64,000 nucleotides of DNA from Nageia nagi. Taxonomy: Eukaryota; Plantae; Pinophyta. The notes under the pieces are model-generated. The model did no database searches. It saw only the letters and a list, made by a program, of their open reading frames with translations, and was not told the DNA's origin. Positions 14,401-27,500 of the stretch are shown piece by piece. The translations under genes and the position numbers were made by a program. Position 1 is the first letter of the stretch. Each line of letters opens with the position of its first letter. The stretch is taken from assembly GCA_050084985.1 (NCBI GenBank), contig JBITNC010000001.1, positions 67,146,001 through 67,210,000 on the forward strand, read 5' to 3'.

Positions 14401-14808
14401 GTTTTGAAGATGAAGATCCCTCTAAGAAAGGAGGTAGAAGAGCATATGAGCAAATATGTATACTAGCTCAAATTTAAACAAGAAGACAATGGCATGCATA
14501 GGAAAGAAACGATGTTGGCAGAGGCTCAAAATCTGATCTAGGAACATCTCGAGGTTGAGGATCTCAACTTACTAAAGGCATGGCATCCCACTCATCATGA
14601 GAGGCAAATGGTCATCTTGAGATTTCAAATGTAGGCTACATCCAGGAAAATTGGAGACCACTTCAAGCAAAATAGCAGCATCATTGGCAAGGTGTCCAAG
14701 GGAGTACAAAAGACCGTAGCATTCTTGCAAGAGACCATTGAGTCATACAGTCTAACAAACAAAGAGTGGAACTTTGCCGGTACCGGATGAGATCTAGCCT
14801 AGATTTGA
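11421..14808 (+). pseudogene. Long retroelement accessory ORF of unknown function, copy B (~1,100 codons, disrupted)
   Basis: Chain of ORF pieces: MDFSPKGIE, RRFYMNS..YLLLHGK, WIIYPK, RNYDLRG, an acidic S/E/D tract, DVDLDACLRAL and a coiled-coil-like C-terminus. TATA-like TTTTATAAGAG at ~11234. Collinear homologues elsewhere in the window. Confidence 0.8.
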
Positions 14809-14809
14809 T

Positions 14810-16157
14810 CCACTCACAGATTCTTTCTACAATTATCCTTTCCATTATTAATACATATTGGTGGTTGTTGTTATGCTCAAACTTTATTTACTTGATTTGA
14901 CTCGTGTAGGGATGACGTTTTACTCCTGCCAAATCAAATCTGTCATACTTATTTATGGATATGACTGATTTCGAGATGAGGTTTTACTCCCACCGATTCA
15001 GATGTCTGACAGATGCAGGGATGAGGTTTTGCTCCCGTCGGTTAGAGGTAGCTTAAATGCATTACGGTTGTGGCATTTCTATTTTGTCATCCTTCTAAAT
15101 GCCACGTGCATTTTTTTTTGTAAAAAATCAAATTTTATATTGGTATGTGTGTTGCATGTGTACACACCATATTAGATCTTATGCCTTTAGGGCAACACAT
15201 CTAGTGGCCATTTAGAAGAGAATATTTGCATTTTGCAGAAACTGGAAAGATTGTTGCATATATGAGAATTTCTGCATATGAAAGATTTCAAAATTCCATT
15301 GCATAAGGGATTCTGTGCATATCATGGTTGCAAATTGTTATATCTTTGGTGCATTTTGAATATCATATTGAGGGTACTACAATCAAGTAACGAATGTTTC
15401 TATTTATATTATTGAATATCATTGAGAATTGATTTCTTCCCAGACTAGTTCTACAAAGCAAATGTTGTGAAGATTATCATTTGTGGGATCATGCATCTTA
15501 TCCTATAAGATTTTCTTGCTGGTTTGAGTAATTTTACAGCTTAAATGCATTCTCTTTGAAAACTGCAAGTTTTAAGAGAAGATAATTGAATATATTTCAA
15601 AGTGGTTTAAATTGTTCATTGTATAATTTGCACATAAGTGGATATATTCTGGGGTGTATAGCTTATTTTTTTGTCATGCAGTAAGATTTCATGTATTCAC
15701 ATGTTGGTCTTTTCCCTTCATCTCATTCCATTGAGTCTTCCACAATAGACCCTACAACTTCCTGCTCTTGTCTGATAATAACTTTAGCCTTTTTCCATTT
15801 GTTACCTAGCTTGCTAAGTGAATAAATTTTCTTAAAGAATCCGAAGATGACCTGGGGAGACACTACGTCACTAGCGATATCTTCATAAGTTCATCACTCG
15901 TATTCCTATGCATTTATCCCTTGTTTGTTATCTTTCTTCGCTTATGTTCACACTTGCAACCTTTCCTGTTTGTAGAAACGAATTTTGACGATGTATTTCC
16001 CTTGTATACGATTAACAACATCCATCTCTATCCACTGTGCCCTAGTCTATAGTCCATGTGAACACTTGGGGTAAGCAATCTTCAAGACGAAACAAGTGAC
16101 GTTGTTTCCTCCAAGTCTTGTGCATGTTTTGGGTGAGGAAAGAAAAACATACCAATA
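14810..16157 (+). repeat. 3' UTR repeats and LTR-like terminus of the copy-B element
   Basis: Three GGGATGAGGTTTT(A/G)CTCC repeats at 14909-15040. Ends AAACATACCAATA, where homology with the copy-C terminus stops. The LTR 5' boundary was not resolved. Confidence 0.65.
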
Positions 16158-16160
16158 GAA

Positions 16161-16385
16161 GGGAGCTTGGCACTGAACATTGGACATAAGGGAGGCTTAG
16201 CACCAGACCTTGTGCATGGGAGAAGCTTGTCACTAAACATTGGGCATAAGGGAGGCTTGGCACTCAATGTTGGGCAAAAGGGAGTCTTGACAACTGAAGT
16301 TGGGCATGGGAGAAGCTTGGCACTCATTGTTGGGCATAAGGGAGGATTGGCACATAACGTTAAGCATGGGAGAAGCTTGGCATCT
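16161..16385. repeat. 30-bp minisatellite, ~7.5 units
   Basis: Units such as GGAGGCTTGGCACTCAATGTTGGGCATAAG and AGAAGCTTGGCACTCATTGTTGGGCATAAG in exact 30-bp phase. Confidence 0.9.
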
Positions 16386-17870
16386 GATAAGCAGCTCCAC
16401 TATTTTGCACTAATATTTGCTTCTTTTCATGTTTTCGCAGCGATATTTTCTAGGACTTCCAAATACTCACTGCTGCAATGTGGTGTTTAACATGGAAAAG
16501 TATATCAAAATTTTTGCATCCATAATTGTGTCTACTATGGAGTGATATATCAAAAATTTTGCATGCATTTTTGTGCTTAATGTGAATTACTCTTAATGAC
16601 AGACAATTAAAAAAATTCAGAATTTTTGCATGAAACATCTAAGGGCCAAAGAGGCACATTGAGGGATGATTTGGATTTGGAAAAATGCATTTCAGATTTG
16701 CTATGCAACTCCAACAAGTAGGCTGCAAATTATTTTCATGTTCTAAAAACTCCAACAGTTGTTACAAAAAGTTCATGTGCGGATTGTCTAATAAAATACA
16801 TTGAAGTTGCATTCCACCTCAAAAGGCTTCAGTTGGTATCTGGATTTAAGCTAAAGGATATTTGGAAGGCAATTCTTTTTGCCATCCTACAATTGCTTAA
16901 CGGCAAGCGATTCGAGAGGGGAGGCTTTGTAACATCTATTTGGAATCTTATTTGAGAATCACAACAAGAAGGTATCAAACTCAAGGAATTCACATCTAAA
17001 ACCCCATAAAATGATGAACTTCACATATCAAAAGATACGCCACTTCATTCAACGAGAGTTTACCATCTTTTTCTAGACTTTGCTCTTCTCTAGTGAAACT
17101 GGTTCATCCTCCTTAACAAACGACTCTCAATGGCATACTTATAGTATTGTTAAGCATAATCCCCAATGTAGGTGTTACCCTAACGAAAATAAAATAAACT
17201 AATTTTAAAGCAAATTACATTTTGGAATGTGAGGAGCAAAAACTCTTCCTCACTACAATGATATAATTAAAAATGACTTTTTGAAATAAAATATATAATA
17301 ACTAAATAAAATTCTTTTCTTCAAGATTCTCTTCCTTTTATTTATCTTCCAACTCTTTCGCAATATTTTTGAGAACAATGATCTATTTTGCACCTATTGC
17401 TTTCACCTCACCTATCTCCATCTTCTAGGTATGGGCCTCCAGGTCTTGAAATTTCTCAAGATCCTTGTTCAGAAAAATCTTGGTGACTGACAATGTATCA
17501 TTGACCTTGAAAATGGATTTGTTTACATAATGAGTTTAAGTGGACTCATCTTTCACCCTCTGGCTTGGATCTTCATGTGATGGCTTAATTAAAATTGCAA
17601 GGTCAATATTGAATTTCTTCTTTGCTGAAGTGTCTTCAAAAGTCACCTTCTCATTCTATTGTTCAACTTCTTTTCCTTTCATCTTAAGGTTTGGCATTTT
17701 CATGTTGAATTCATAAATGAAACAGTACCTATTGTAGAAGACAAACATTAGTGAAAATGGATAGGAGTGATGGCACACGTGGTTAGGATTGGAAATGAGC
17801 TAAGTGAGATATGGAGAGGACAACTTGGAGTGAGCGCATGAAAATGGGGTCTTACAACTTTTAAGGATTG

Positions 17871-19180
17871 TGTTGGTATGTTTTTCTTTCCTAGTGCAAA
17901 ACATGAACAAGACTTGGAGGAAACAACGTCACTTGTCTACGCCTCAAAGGATTGTTTACCCTAAGCGCTCACATGGAATATGGTCTTTAAGGCACAGTAG
18001 TCAGAGATGCATCTTGTTAACCATATAAAGGAAAATACAACTCGGAGTTCTTATCCACAATGACGAAAGACTGGAAATGTAAACGAAAGCAAAGAAAGAT
18101 CACAAATGTAGGGGCAAGAACAGGTATATGTGCAAAGGAATACAAAAAAAGATCAACTTACTAAGATATCACCAGTGATGCAATGTCTTAGAAGCAAATA
18201 GCAATGAGCGCTCAAATCACTACCAAACGAGAGCAAGGAGTTGTAGGGTCTTGGTGGAAGACTTGATGGAATAAGAAACGAGCCTAGCCGAATGACATAG
18301 AGACAAGCTATAAGCCAAGAATACATTCACTTGCGTGCAAACCATGCAAAGAATAGCTTAAACCATTTCAACAAATATTCAATATGCAAATTCAGAAGGA
18401 AACTATTCAAACATGCATAATCCCACAAATGACAATTTTAACAGTATTTACTTTGTAGCTCTATTCCAAAAGAAATCAATTTATAATGATATCAACAACG
18501 TGAGAAACAAAATTCCTTGCCTGATAGCAGTAACCTCAAAATGATATTAAAGAATGGAAATGGAATAGTATGCATCATAGCAAGCATAGACAATGATAAG
18601 CAGAAATAGACAATGATAAGCAGAAATAACACATATGTTATGGATTCTTCAAATTTGCAAATGCAAAGAAATTCATTCAGTTCTTACAACATGCAAAATC
18701 TCAATGTTATGCAATATTGCAGATGCAAAAATCCCAAATGCAAAACCCAGTACTAAATGGCTACAATAGAGAATAATTACGCCACCAGAAGTATCGCCCT
18801 AAGGGCATCAAATTGGATGTGGTGTTCACATACACAACACACATACCAATACAAAATCTAATAGTTCACATGAAACGATGCAAGTGGCACTTAAAATTCT
18901 GATAAAATATAAATGCCATTACCAAAATGCATTTAATCTACCTCTAAACTACTCAAAGGTAAATTTGATATGCAATAAAAGTCTAACATCTGAACCGGCA
19001 GGAGCAAAACCTCATCCCTGCACCGGTCAGAATCATAAATGAGTGTGACAGATTTCATCTGGCAGGAGAAAAAACTCATCCCTAACCCAATCAAATCAAG
19101 TAAATAAGATCTGGCATAACAACAACTATCATAAAACATGCATTAAAAACAGATAGATTGTCGTAGGAAGAATCTACGAC
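17871..19180 (-). repeat. 3' UTR and LTR-like terminus of the copy-C element
   Basis: Reverse complement of 14810-16157; terminus TGTTGGTATGTTT at 17871 (…CA end on the minus strand). A third partial copy lies at ~34200-35190. Confidence 0.7.
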
Positions 19181-19184
19181 TGGA

Positions 19185-22100
19185 TCAGATCTAGGCCAAA
19201 TCTAATTCGGTATCGACAGAGTTCCACTTTTCGTTGGTGATACCGTATGACTCAATGGTCTCCTCCAAGAATGCCACATTCTTCGGTACACACTTGGATA
19301 TCATGCCAATGATGCTACCATTCTATTGAAAGTAATCCTCTATCTTCTTGGATGTAATCTGCATCTAGTGCCTCCTACCGACTATCCACCTTTCATGTAC
19401 GATAGGATGCCCTGCCTTCAGCAAACCGAGATCAGCGATGTCTAGATGCTCTTGTTTCAAGTTCTAAACCTTTACGAATACGGCCTACTTCTGCCTTACA
19501 TTGTTGTCCTCCCTTTTGAACTTGAGTTGATAGGCATAGTCGCTCATCTGTTTCTTGACCTCCTTTCTCAAGGGGATTCTCAGCTTCAAGCCTGTATTGC
19601 ACTTTTCAGAGTGCATGATTCAGCCAGTCATGGTGGTAGGTGAACTCGTGGCAGTACACTAGCTTCTACGGAATGTCACCGTAAATGTGTTGCAAATGGG
19701 AGACGTTACAAACATGTGCTGAGATTTGCGTCTTAAGGACCCTAATTTCCACACCTTCAACAAGGAGCTTATAGATTTGAGACGACAATCTCTCGATGGC
19801 CTACATCATCTCTTTCTTTAGTTGCTCCTTCATCAATTCACATCCCTCATGGAAGGAGGATTGCTTCTTCAAATCAAGGGGGGTAGTGCTAACCTTCTGG
19901 AACTCCTTAATGATCTTCCTACTGGCCATGTGTTCCCTTTTCAACGTCTTCACCTCATTTTTGGCTTCGAAACCCTCCTGCTCCATCACTGCACGATTTG
20001 AGTGACTATATGCTTACGGGCTGTTAATCCTAATTTAAGCGTACCTTAAACATCTCGATGATACAATCTTCAGCTCTCTGAGGATGTTTCTCCTTTGAAT
20101 ACAAATGGCTGATGGAGATTTCCTTGCAAGAGGTGGAAACAAATGTATCAACCCTTCGAATCTCTTCACCATAAGAAAGCTCGTCTTCCTCATCTTCGGA
20201 GCGCAGATCCTAGTCTATGTCTTCGTCATGAGTCGTACTCATGTTAAGGGATCTAAGATAGGCATCCAAGTCAAGATCTGGATGCTCGGTTGCTAGTTGG
20301 GGAGGAAGCCTTTGTACCAACAATCGTCCCTTATTGATTTTCTTGACCTCTTTCACTGGAGTAGTCTGAACAAGGGTAATTTCCTTACCTTGGTGCTCTT
20401 CCTGTCTTCTTTGCTTTTTCTACTCTTCGATCTCTCCTCCATCTTCTTCTCTCCTCCATCTCTGTCTCCTCCATCACCACCTATAGGTATGCCTCTATTC
20501 CATGGCTAAGGGACCTTTCATGGCTGGTTCAATTCGTAGAGAATTTATGTGAAGAAGAGTGGGACCTTTTTCTATGCTCAACAGGAGAGGGTTTGGAGGC
20601 ACCCACCTCTCTGGCACACTTTACTACAACGACTTGGACCTCATCATCATCATAGGTACAAACATCCACAACATCGTCATCTTCTAGGAGAGCTTCAATC
20701 TCCATTTCGCAAGGTGTGGAGGCAGCTACAGCTACATCTTCTTGCTTGAGGAACTGCTCAACAACAATAGCATCACCATCTTCCTCTTTTTCTTCTCCAC
20801 CATGGCTCTTTGACTCTTCTCCGAAGTCTTCTGCTTTACAATCAAGCTCTTCATTAATCTCTTCATTGAAAAAGGAAGTGGAGTGTTCGGAACTGAAACT
20901 AGAACTTGGATGCAACAAGGAAACTTTCTCCCTACATCTAGGAGAACAAGTGAGTCTGGAAGGGACCTATCTGTGGGCGAATCAATGGTGCAAACCTCAT
21001 CCAGTACATTCGAGGGGATAACATGATAGCCAGCGTCTTTGAGATCAAAGATTACTACACTACACTTGCTAGGGCCTGGAATATGCTCCCAATGAGCCTC
21101 TTGCATTTTTCCAACAGGTAGCAAGGTCATCTTAACTGACAAAGGTGCAACACGAATAGAAGGAGGTGATGATTTGATCTTGAGTGGGACCTCTTTAGAT
21201 TTAGACTTGGCAGTTAGGGGCCTCTGAGGTGGTTTATATACTCGAATGCGAGCCTTCTTCTTGCTAAGGAGAGCATTTATCTTCGCAATCTCCTCCTCAT
21301 CTTGCATTTTTTGGTACTTCTCCACATTCCCCAAGGATTTATGATGAAAAGCGATAGGCTCGTGGAATGCAATGCTGTAGAAATGTGCAATCAAACCTCT
21401 AGGATCATAGTTCCTCGTTGATACCTCCATGAGGAAGACATACTACTGTAGCTCCTTCTTCATACTGGCCGCTTCAACCCATGTCTCACACACATATCTT
21501 GCAATTGAGATAGGCAACTTAATGGTCATCTTCTTCTTCCAAACTCTCTCCTTTAAGAACAAATGTTGCATGGAAAACTCCATGAGAATGAGCCTATCAC
21601 TAGCATATCTCAGTAGGACCAAGGGTTGTTCTTCAAAGCCATAAACTTTGATGAATGTATGGTCAGTATCCTGCAGGAAGAAAAATGCATGTACACTGAT
21701 GGCCTGGACGGCTCATTAGAAATCATTTTCACAACGAACTCCCCTTTGATATTTATAGATATCATACTCACACCGATCATTTCTCTCGTAGAAACCCCAG
21801 AACTTGTTCTGGTATGACCACTTTGGATAAACCCACCACACGTGGATGCCTTTCTGTCCCAAATATCTTTCGTTGGCAAGTTCCTTGGATCTGACCTTGC
21901 CATGCAACAACAGGTACACAAGATAGGAGTTCATGTAAAACCTCCTCAAGGAGCCAACGTGAAGGTTCTGGTAATCTTCAAGTAGCCGTGGTCGAATGTA
22001 GTCCCTAGGCCAGGCCATGGAATTATGAAATTCCTCATAATAGGCCAATGTGTAGTCATCCCCATATCTTTTCCAGCAAAAGGCTGCTTCAATTCCATCA

Positions 22101-22510
22101 AGGGAGAAGTCCATAATTACATTCCCCTTGTGTCCCGTAGGACTCTCTTATCGTATTCACATTTTTGGGCTACCTCATAGCACAAGTCAGGAAAAAGCAT
22201 CGCGAATGGCATCATATGGCATTAAACATTCCACAAGTGTGGATAATTCTTTGATAAGTCCTCTTTAGTGATGGAGCAGTGGAGGCTAAAGTCTAGATGG
22301 GGTCCAAGTTTCCCCAAATTTGTATCACCAACAAAGATGTATCTCTCCTTACATTTGGCTTCAGGGAGCTCTAGTCTTTCTCTCTTTGAAACTCAATCAG
22401 ACTTTCTTTCGAAAGCCGGGTCATATGGTTCTTACTTACATGTCTCTCAAACAACTATCCTTGAGCCTTCTTAAATCTTGATGGAGGTGCTCTAATCTTG
22501 GAAGCCATGC
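19185..22510 (-). pseudogene. Accessory ORF, copy C (close paralogue of B, with an internal deletion near 21950)
   Basis: MDFSLDGIEAAFCW, RRFYMNSYLVYLLLHGK, WWVYPKW, RNYDPRG and MEQEGFEAKNEVKTLK..LKKQSSFHEG match copy B. Confidence 0.8.
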
Positions 22511-22749
22511 AGGAATTTGAGTAATGCCCCATGAGAACCTAAGGACAAGTTTGGATGTTGTGAAGGATGCAACAGCAAAGAGCCAAACATGCAGGTCTGG
22601 GCTGTAAGACTTCCAACACACTGAATGAAAGTTACCTTATTTTATATGAGATGCATAGAGGGTGAATGTATGGCAAAGTACATGCCTGCCACTTGTCTCC
22701 ACTTCTAAACTCCTAGCATCTCAAACTTAGTCGATTTCAACTTGTAACC

Positions 22750-24185
22750 CTAGGCACACGATTTTCAATGAGTGCCTAAGCACTGTCTGGAAAGCATGTC
22801 ACCAGGTCCTGGGTCACTTAGTCAAATTTTGGGGTATAATTCTTCAACTCACATTGGGCACATGGATTTGAATGAATGGAAAACAATGCACTGGAAAGCA
22901 TGCACCTCAAGTTCAGGGCTCAACTAAAATGCCTTAGCCAAGAATGGCTATCTGAATGCGGAATGGCCCCTTAGACTCCTTACTTCTCCTTGGTGCATCA
23001 TTTGAGTGAGTGTAAAAGCATGTGCTAGAAATTATGCGACCGGGGTGTAAGGTGAAAATCTGAAATGAAGTGGTAAAAATGACTAAGGGGTGGCTTGATA
23101 TTTATAACCTTTCTGCCTACCATGTGTTACCTTTGTGATGGTCAAATTCATGGTCAAATGGTAGAGCTAAAATACAGGGTGCATGGTTTAGGACTGGTGC
23201 AAAAGCATGTGTCAATAGGCATGCAACTGGGAGTGGGGAACTTAGCTAAATTTCAAGTCATGATGGGGCCCATTTCCTAGTCGCACCGTTTTAGAAGAGT
23301 GCAAAAGCATGCACCTTAAACCTTACGCCTAGCCTTTTCCTCTAAATTTCAAACACTTTGCCAATTTTACTCTTGGGCTAGAACATCTAAGACTTGGTGC
23401 ATGATTTGGGAGGGGTGCTTTTTCATGTACAACAAATGATGCCACTAGGGTTTGGCACACCTCCCGAAATTTCAACAAGTGAAAATTGACTTAAAAATGC
23501 AAATTGAAACAGGTCGCACGTTTTGGGCAACGTGCTTTTCTCCCTTAGCTCCACGCAATGCTCCAGACAACCTTCCAAAGAGAATGACTGAGGCTGACCT
23601 TTCTTTTATAGCCTTCTCAGATGGGCCAAGTGTCATCATGTGATTGACACAAGAAGGGGTCAAATCCATGTACTTACACTTATCAACAATCCAAGCCCAA
23701 CACTCTACCAAATTTCATCTCGTGAATTTGGTCGCACGATTTTGGGTGGGTGCAAAAGCACACACTTGAAAACATGTGACTGGCCTTGCAAGCTCCAACA
23801 ATGGCTAAGTCTTCTTCATCCTGTCACACGGTCTGAGTTGGGTGCAAAAGCACACACCTGAAAACAATGCAACTAGGACTTTTGCCAGAAAAAAATGCTA
23901 TGTATGAGAGTTCCCAGCTCTAGTCGCACCGTTTCTGGGACATGCAAAAGCATGTCCCTCAAAACATGCGACTAGCCGAAAAACATGTTTTTATTTTGAA
24001 ATCTGACCAGGATGCCCTTAAACATGACATGCAATGAACGAGAAATGAACTTTTGCAACATGAGAGACTTGAAAGTGCAATTTTAAGGCTGAAAAATGCA
24101 AGTATGAGTGTGAAAACGGAGCATGAGGTTGGTCGCACGTTTAGGGGACATTCAAAAGCATGTCCCTCAAAACATGCGATTGAGG
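22750..24185. repeat. Array of ~11 palindromic ~55-bp repeats with unique spacers, upstream of ORF copy C
   Basis: Best unit at 23921: TAGTCGCACCGTTTCTGGGACATGC-AAAA-GCATGTCCCTCAAAACATGCGACTA. Variants near 22752, 22856, 22990, 23176, 23278, 23394, 23511, 23729, 23822 and 24130. Confidence 0.82.
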
Positions 24186-24994
24186 AAAAATGTATGCTTC
24201 TGACTTGAGTTGATCATGAACGTGCAGGTTTAACATGTTTCCCGAAGCTTGACCAAGATGCACACATTTCCTTTAGACAAATGTTTACTTCCATGCATTG
24301 TTTTTTATTTTCGAGGGTCCCCAAAATGCAAAATTTTGGGGGGGTATCGTGCAGGCACAATAGATTGGACATGATATTCCTAGGTATTGTGATTCCTTTT
24401 GATCCTTCAAGCCTGTAATGTGGATGCCTTGGAAAGCTTGCACAGGGATTTTGAGCTTTAAAGCTTTTAAGCCTCCTAAATGATACACATGGTGGAAAGG
24501 GGATATGGTGTTTGAGAAAAATGGAATGCTTGTACACTCTTTAAACCCTCTTAAGCTAGGATCTGGACACTTGGCATGCCCCAATTGATCAAAAATTTGG
24601 CTTTATTGCATTGAAAATGGGTAAAAATGTCTAGCACAAGAAAATGAAATCTTGAACTCCTTAACTCTTTTAAGTGATGCACCAAGGCAAATTTGACCTT
24701 TTCCTCCCTTTTAACTTGCAATTTTAGGACTCCTAAAGGCCAGCGTGCAAGGATTTGGGGTCTTAAGGATTGTAAGACTCCAAAATGATGTGCTTGGGAG
24801 AGATAGGAGAGATGTGGGTTGTAAAATGAGGCTTTTAACTCCTTTTTATAGCTTTTCTAGGGTCAAATTGGGCATGTGTCGCCTCTTAAACTATCAATTT
24901 TACCCTTGCTTGGTCTGTGTCAAGGGAGATGTCCCAATATCACGTACCTTGGGCACATGAAATCAGATTCTGTGTTTGTTTCAGAAATTTCAAA

Positions 24995-27500
24995 CTCAGT
25001 TGTTCAAAATAATTATCCTCTTCCCAATATGGATCAGTTGTTACAAGCAGTTGTTGGATCATCAAGGATGTCCTCGTTGGATGGATTTTAAGAGTATTAT
25101 CGGATTTTAATGGATGCACATGATAGATTTAAAAAATCATTTAGCATGCCCTTTGGATTACTGAATGCAGGTGCAACTTTTCAAAGACCAATGGGCATGG
25201 CTTTTTCTGATTTAATATTCAAGATTATTATGGTTTGTCTTTATGATATTATTGTTTTTCAAGAAATCTAGAAGATCATTTTACACATCTAACTAAGGTT
25301 TTTGAAAGATGCAAGAAATATGGAGTATCTCTAAATCTTAAGAAGTGCATGTTTGGAACAACCAGGGTAAACTTCTTGGATATATTGCTAAACTTCCTCC
25401 ACTAAAAAATTTTAAAGGTGTTCAATCAATTTTTGGGAAAATTAATTTTGTAGGAAGGTTCATCGTTGATTTTGCAGAGATCTCTAAACCTTTGTCTGAC
25501 ATGATTAGGAATAAAGCAGACATCAAGTGGAACAGTGAAAATCTGAAAGCTTTTGAAAAAGTCAAAGAAGCAATTGCTAATGCCCCAGTATTAGTAAGTC
25601 TGGATCATTCTAGGTCTTTCAACATGTTTCCATTTGCTTCTGAACATGCTATTTTTGCAGTTTTTTAACACAAAGAGATGATGAGAAAAATGAAAGACCA
25701 TTTTCCTTTATGAGTAAAGGATTAAAAAGACTAGAATTGAAATACTCATATATGGAAAAACAAGCTTTTGCTGTGATAAAAGGACTGGAAATTTTTTTAA
25801 AGTATATTTGGTTTCAATCATGCTATTTTGATCATTCCTCATATTGCTATTAAACATGTATTGACTCAAATAGAACCTTTGGGCACTTAAGCAAGATGGA
25901 TGGTAAAATTCCTTTCTTTAGAGATGTGTACCATTATGTGAGAGCTTGTCATAATTGTCAAGTGTTTACTGGTAAGAAAACTTTTTCTGCTTTACCATTG
26001 AAACCAGTCTTGGTTGAAAATCCTTTTGCTTAATGGGGATTAGATTTGATAGGGGAAATTAACCAAAATAGAACCTTTGGGCACTTAACCAAAATGGATG
26101 GTAAAATTCCTTTCTTATGATGTTCACTTCAAAATTGATCAGATCATCAAAGGTCACGGTTTGGCTAAGTACATAGCAAGTAAGACTGAAAAAGTAAAAG
26201 ATTGTTTAACTGATGATAATGATAAGATTCAGATTATCAATAAATCAGAGTATATTATTTTCTATTTGCATAATCTTTCTTGTCCTATGCATTTGAATAA
26301 GAATTAGAAAAGAGACTTGAAACAACAAGCTCAATAATATTATCTACAAGAAAACAAGCTTTACTGGAGACATCCTAATGGGATTTTGCTTCTATGTGTT
26401 GTTTAGAAATAGATTTACACTCTTTTAAAAGAAAATCATTCAGGTTTTCGTGGTGGACATTATGCTTCTAAAGCTCTTGCACATAAGATAGAGATTTGGG
26501 TTTTACTGGCCTACTTTCTTTAGAGATGTGTACCATTATGTGAGAGCTTGTCATAATTGTCAAGTGTTTACTGGTAAGAAAACTTTTCTGCTTTACCATT
26601 GAAACCAGTCTTGGTTGAAAATCCTTTTGCTTAATGGGGATTGGATTTGATAGGGGAAATTAACCAAAATTTGTAATGGTCATAGACGGATTATTACTAC
26701 AACAGATTATTTCACTAAGTAGGTAGAATCTGTTCCTATCAAGAAAAATACCAATAGTGATGTTGTTGAATTTCTTGAAGATAAAATCTTAAACTAGATT
26801 TGAATTTCCTAAGAAATTAGTGACAGATAATGCATCTTACTTTTGTTCAATAGAAATGTTGCAATTTTGTGGAGAATATGGAATAGAATCATCTCATTCA
26901 TCAAATTATTATACTCAAGGCAATGATTTGGTTGAATCTTTTAACAAAATTATGATTACCAGGATCAAAAGGTCAGTGGGTAAAAATAGAAGAACTTGGC
27001 ATACTAGTTAAAATTTGCACTATTGCATGACATGATATTAGTTAAAAAGAGCAGCGGAAAATCTCCCAATGAAATGGTGTATGGTGAGATGGCATTAATG
27101 AATTATAATCATGAGCAAAAAAAGCCTTCAGCTTTTACAAATTGATGCTGAAGATCCTGATCCTCTACAGAGAAGGCTGGATCAAATTGTTGAATTACAA
27201 AAATGATGAAAAATGGCTTGGAGTAAAATGATTATTTCATCTTTACAAGTTACAAAAGATTTTATCAAAAGGGCTAAGGGAACAAGTTTTCACAAGAGGA
27301 ATGTAGTCTTACTTTGGAATCATAAGAATGATGAGTCTGGAAAGAAAGGGAAGTCGGAACCTAATTGGTTAGGTCCGTATATAATAATTGATACTATTTG
27401 ATAACATTCTTATAGACTACAAGCACTTTATCAACAGGATTTTCCAATACTAGTTAATGGGCAACATCTGAAGATGATTCAATCTTATCCACATTAAAAT
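24995..27500 (+). pseudogene. pol: Non-chromoviral Ty3/gypsy (Athila/Tat-type) pol fragment: RT-RH-INT
   Basis: NYPLPNMDQLLQAVVGS..SSLDGF, MPFGLLNAGATFQR, QSIFGKINFVGRFI, FASEHAIFAV, TDNASYF..HSSNYYTQGNDLVESFNK, EPNWLGPYII; no chromodomain. Confidence 0.9.

Noticed and set aside
17300-17705. A further accessory-ORF C-terminal fragment on the minus strand (FNIDLA motif, charged helix)
   Set aside because: Similarity is limited to a few residues; not supportable by eye.
22750-24185. CRISPR array (palindromic repeats with unique spacers)
   Set aside because: Eukaryotic TE context, no cas genes, repeats are degenerate and ~55 bp, and spacing varies two-fold; reported as a palindrome array instead.
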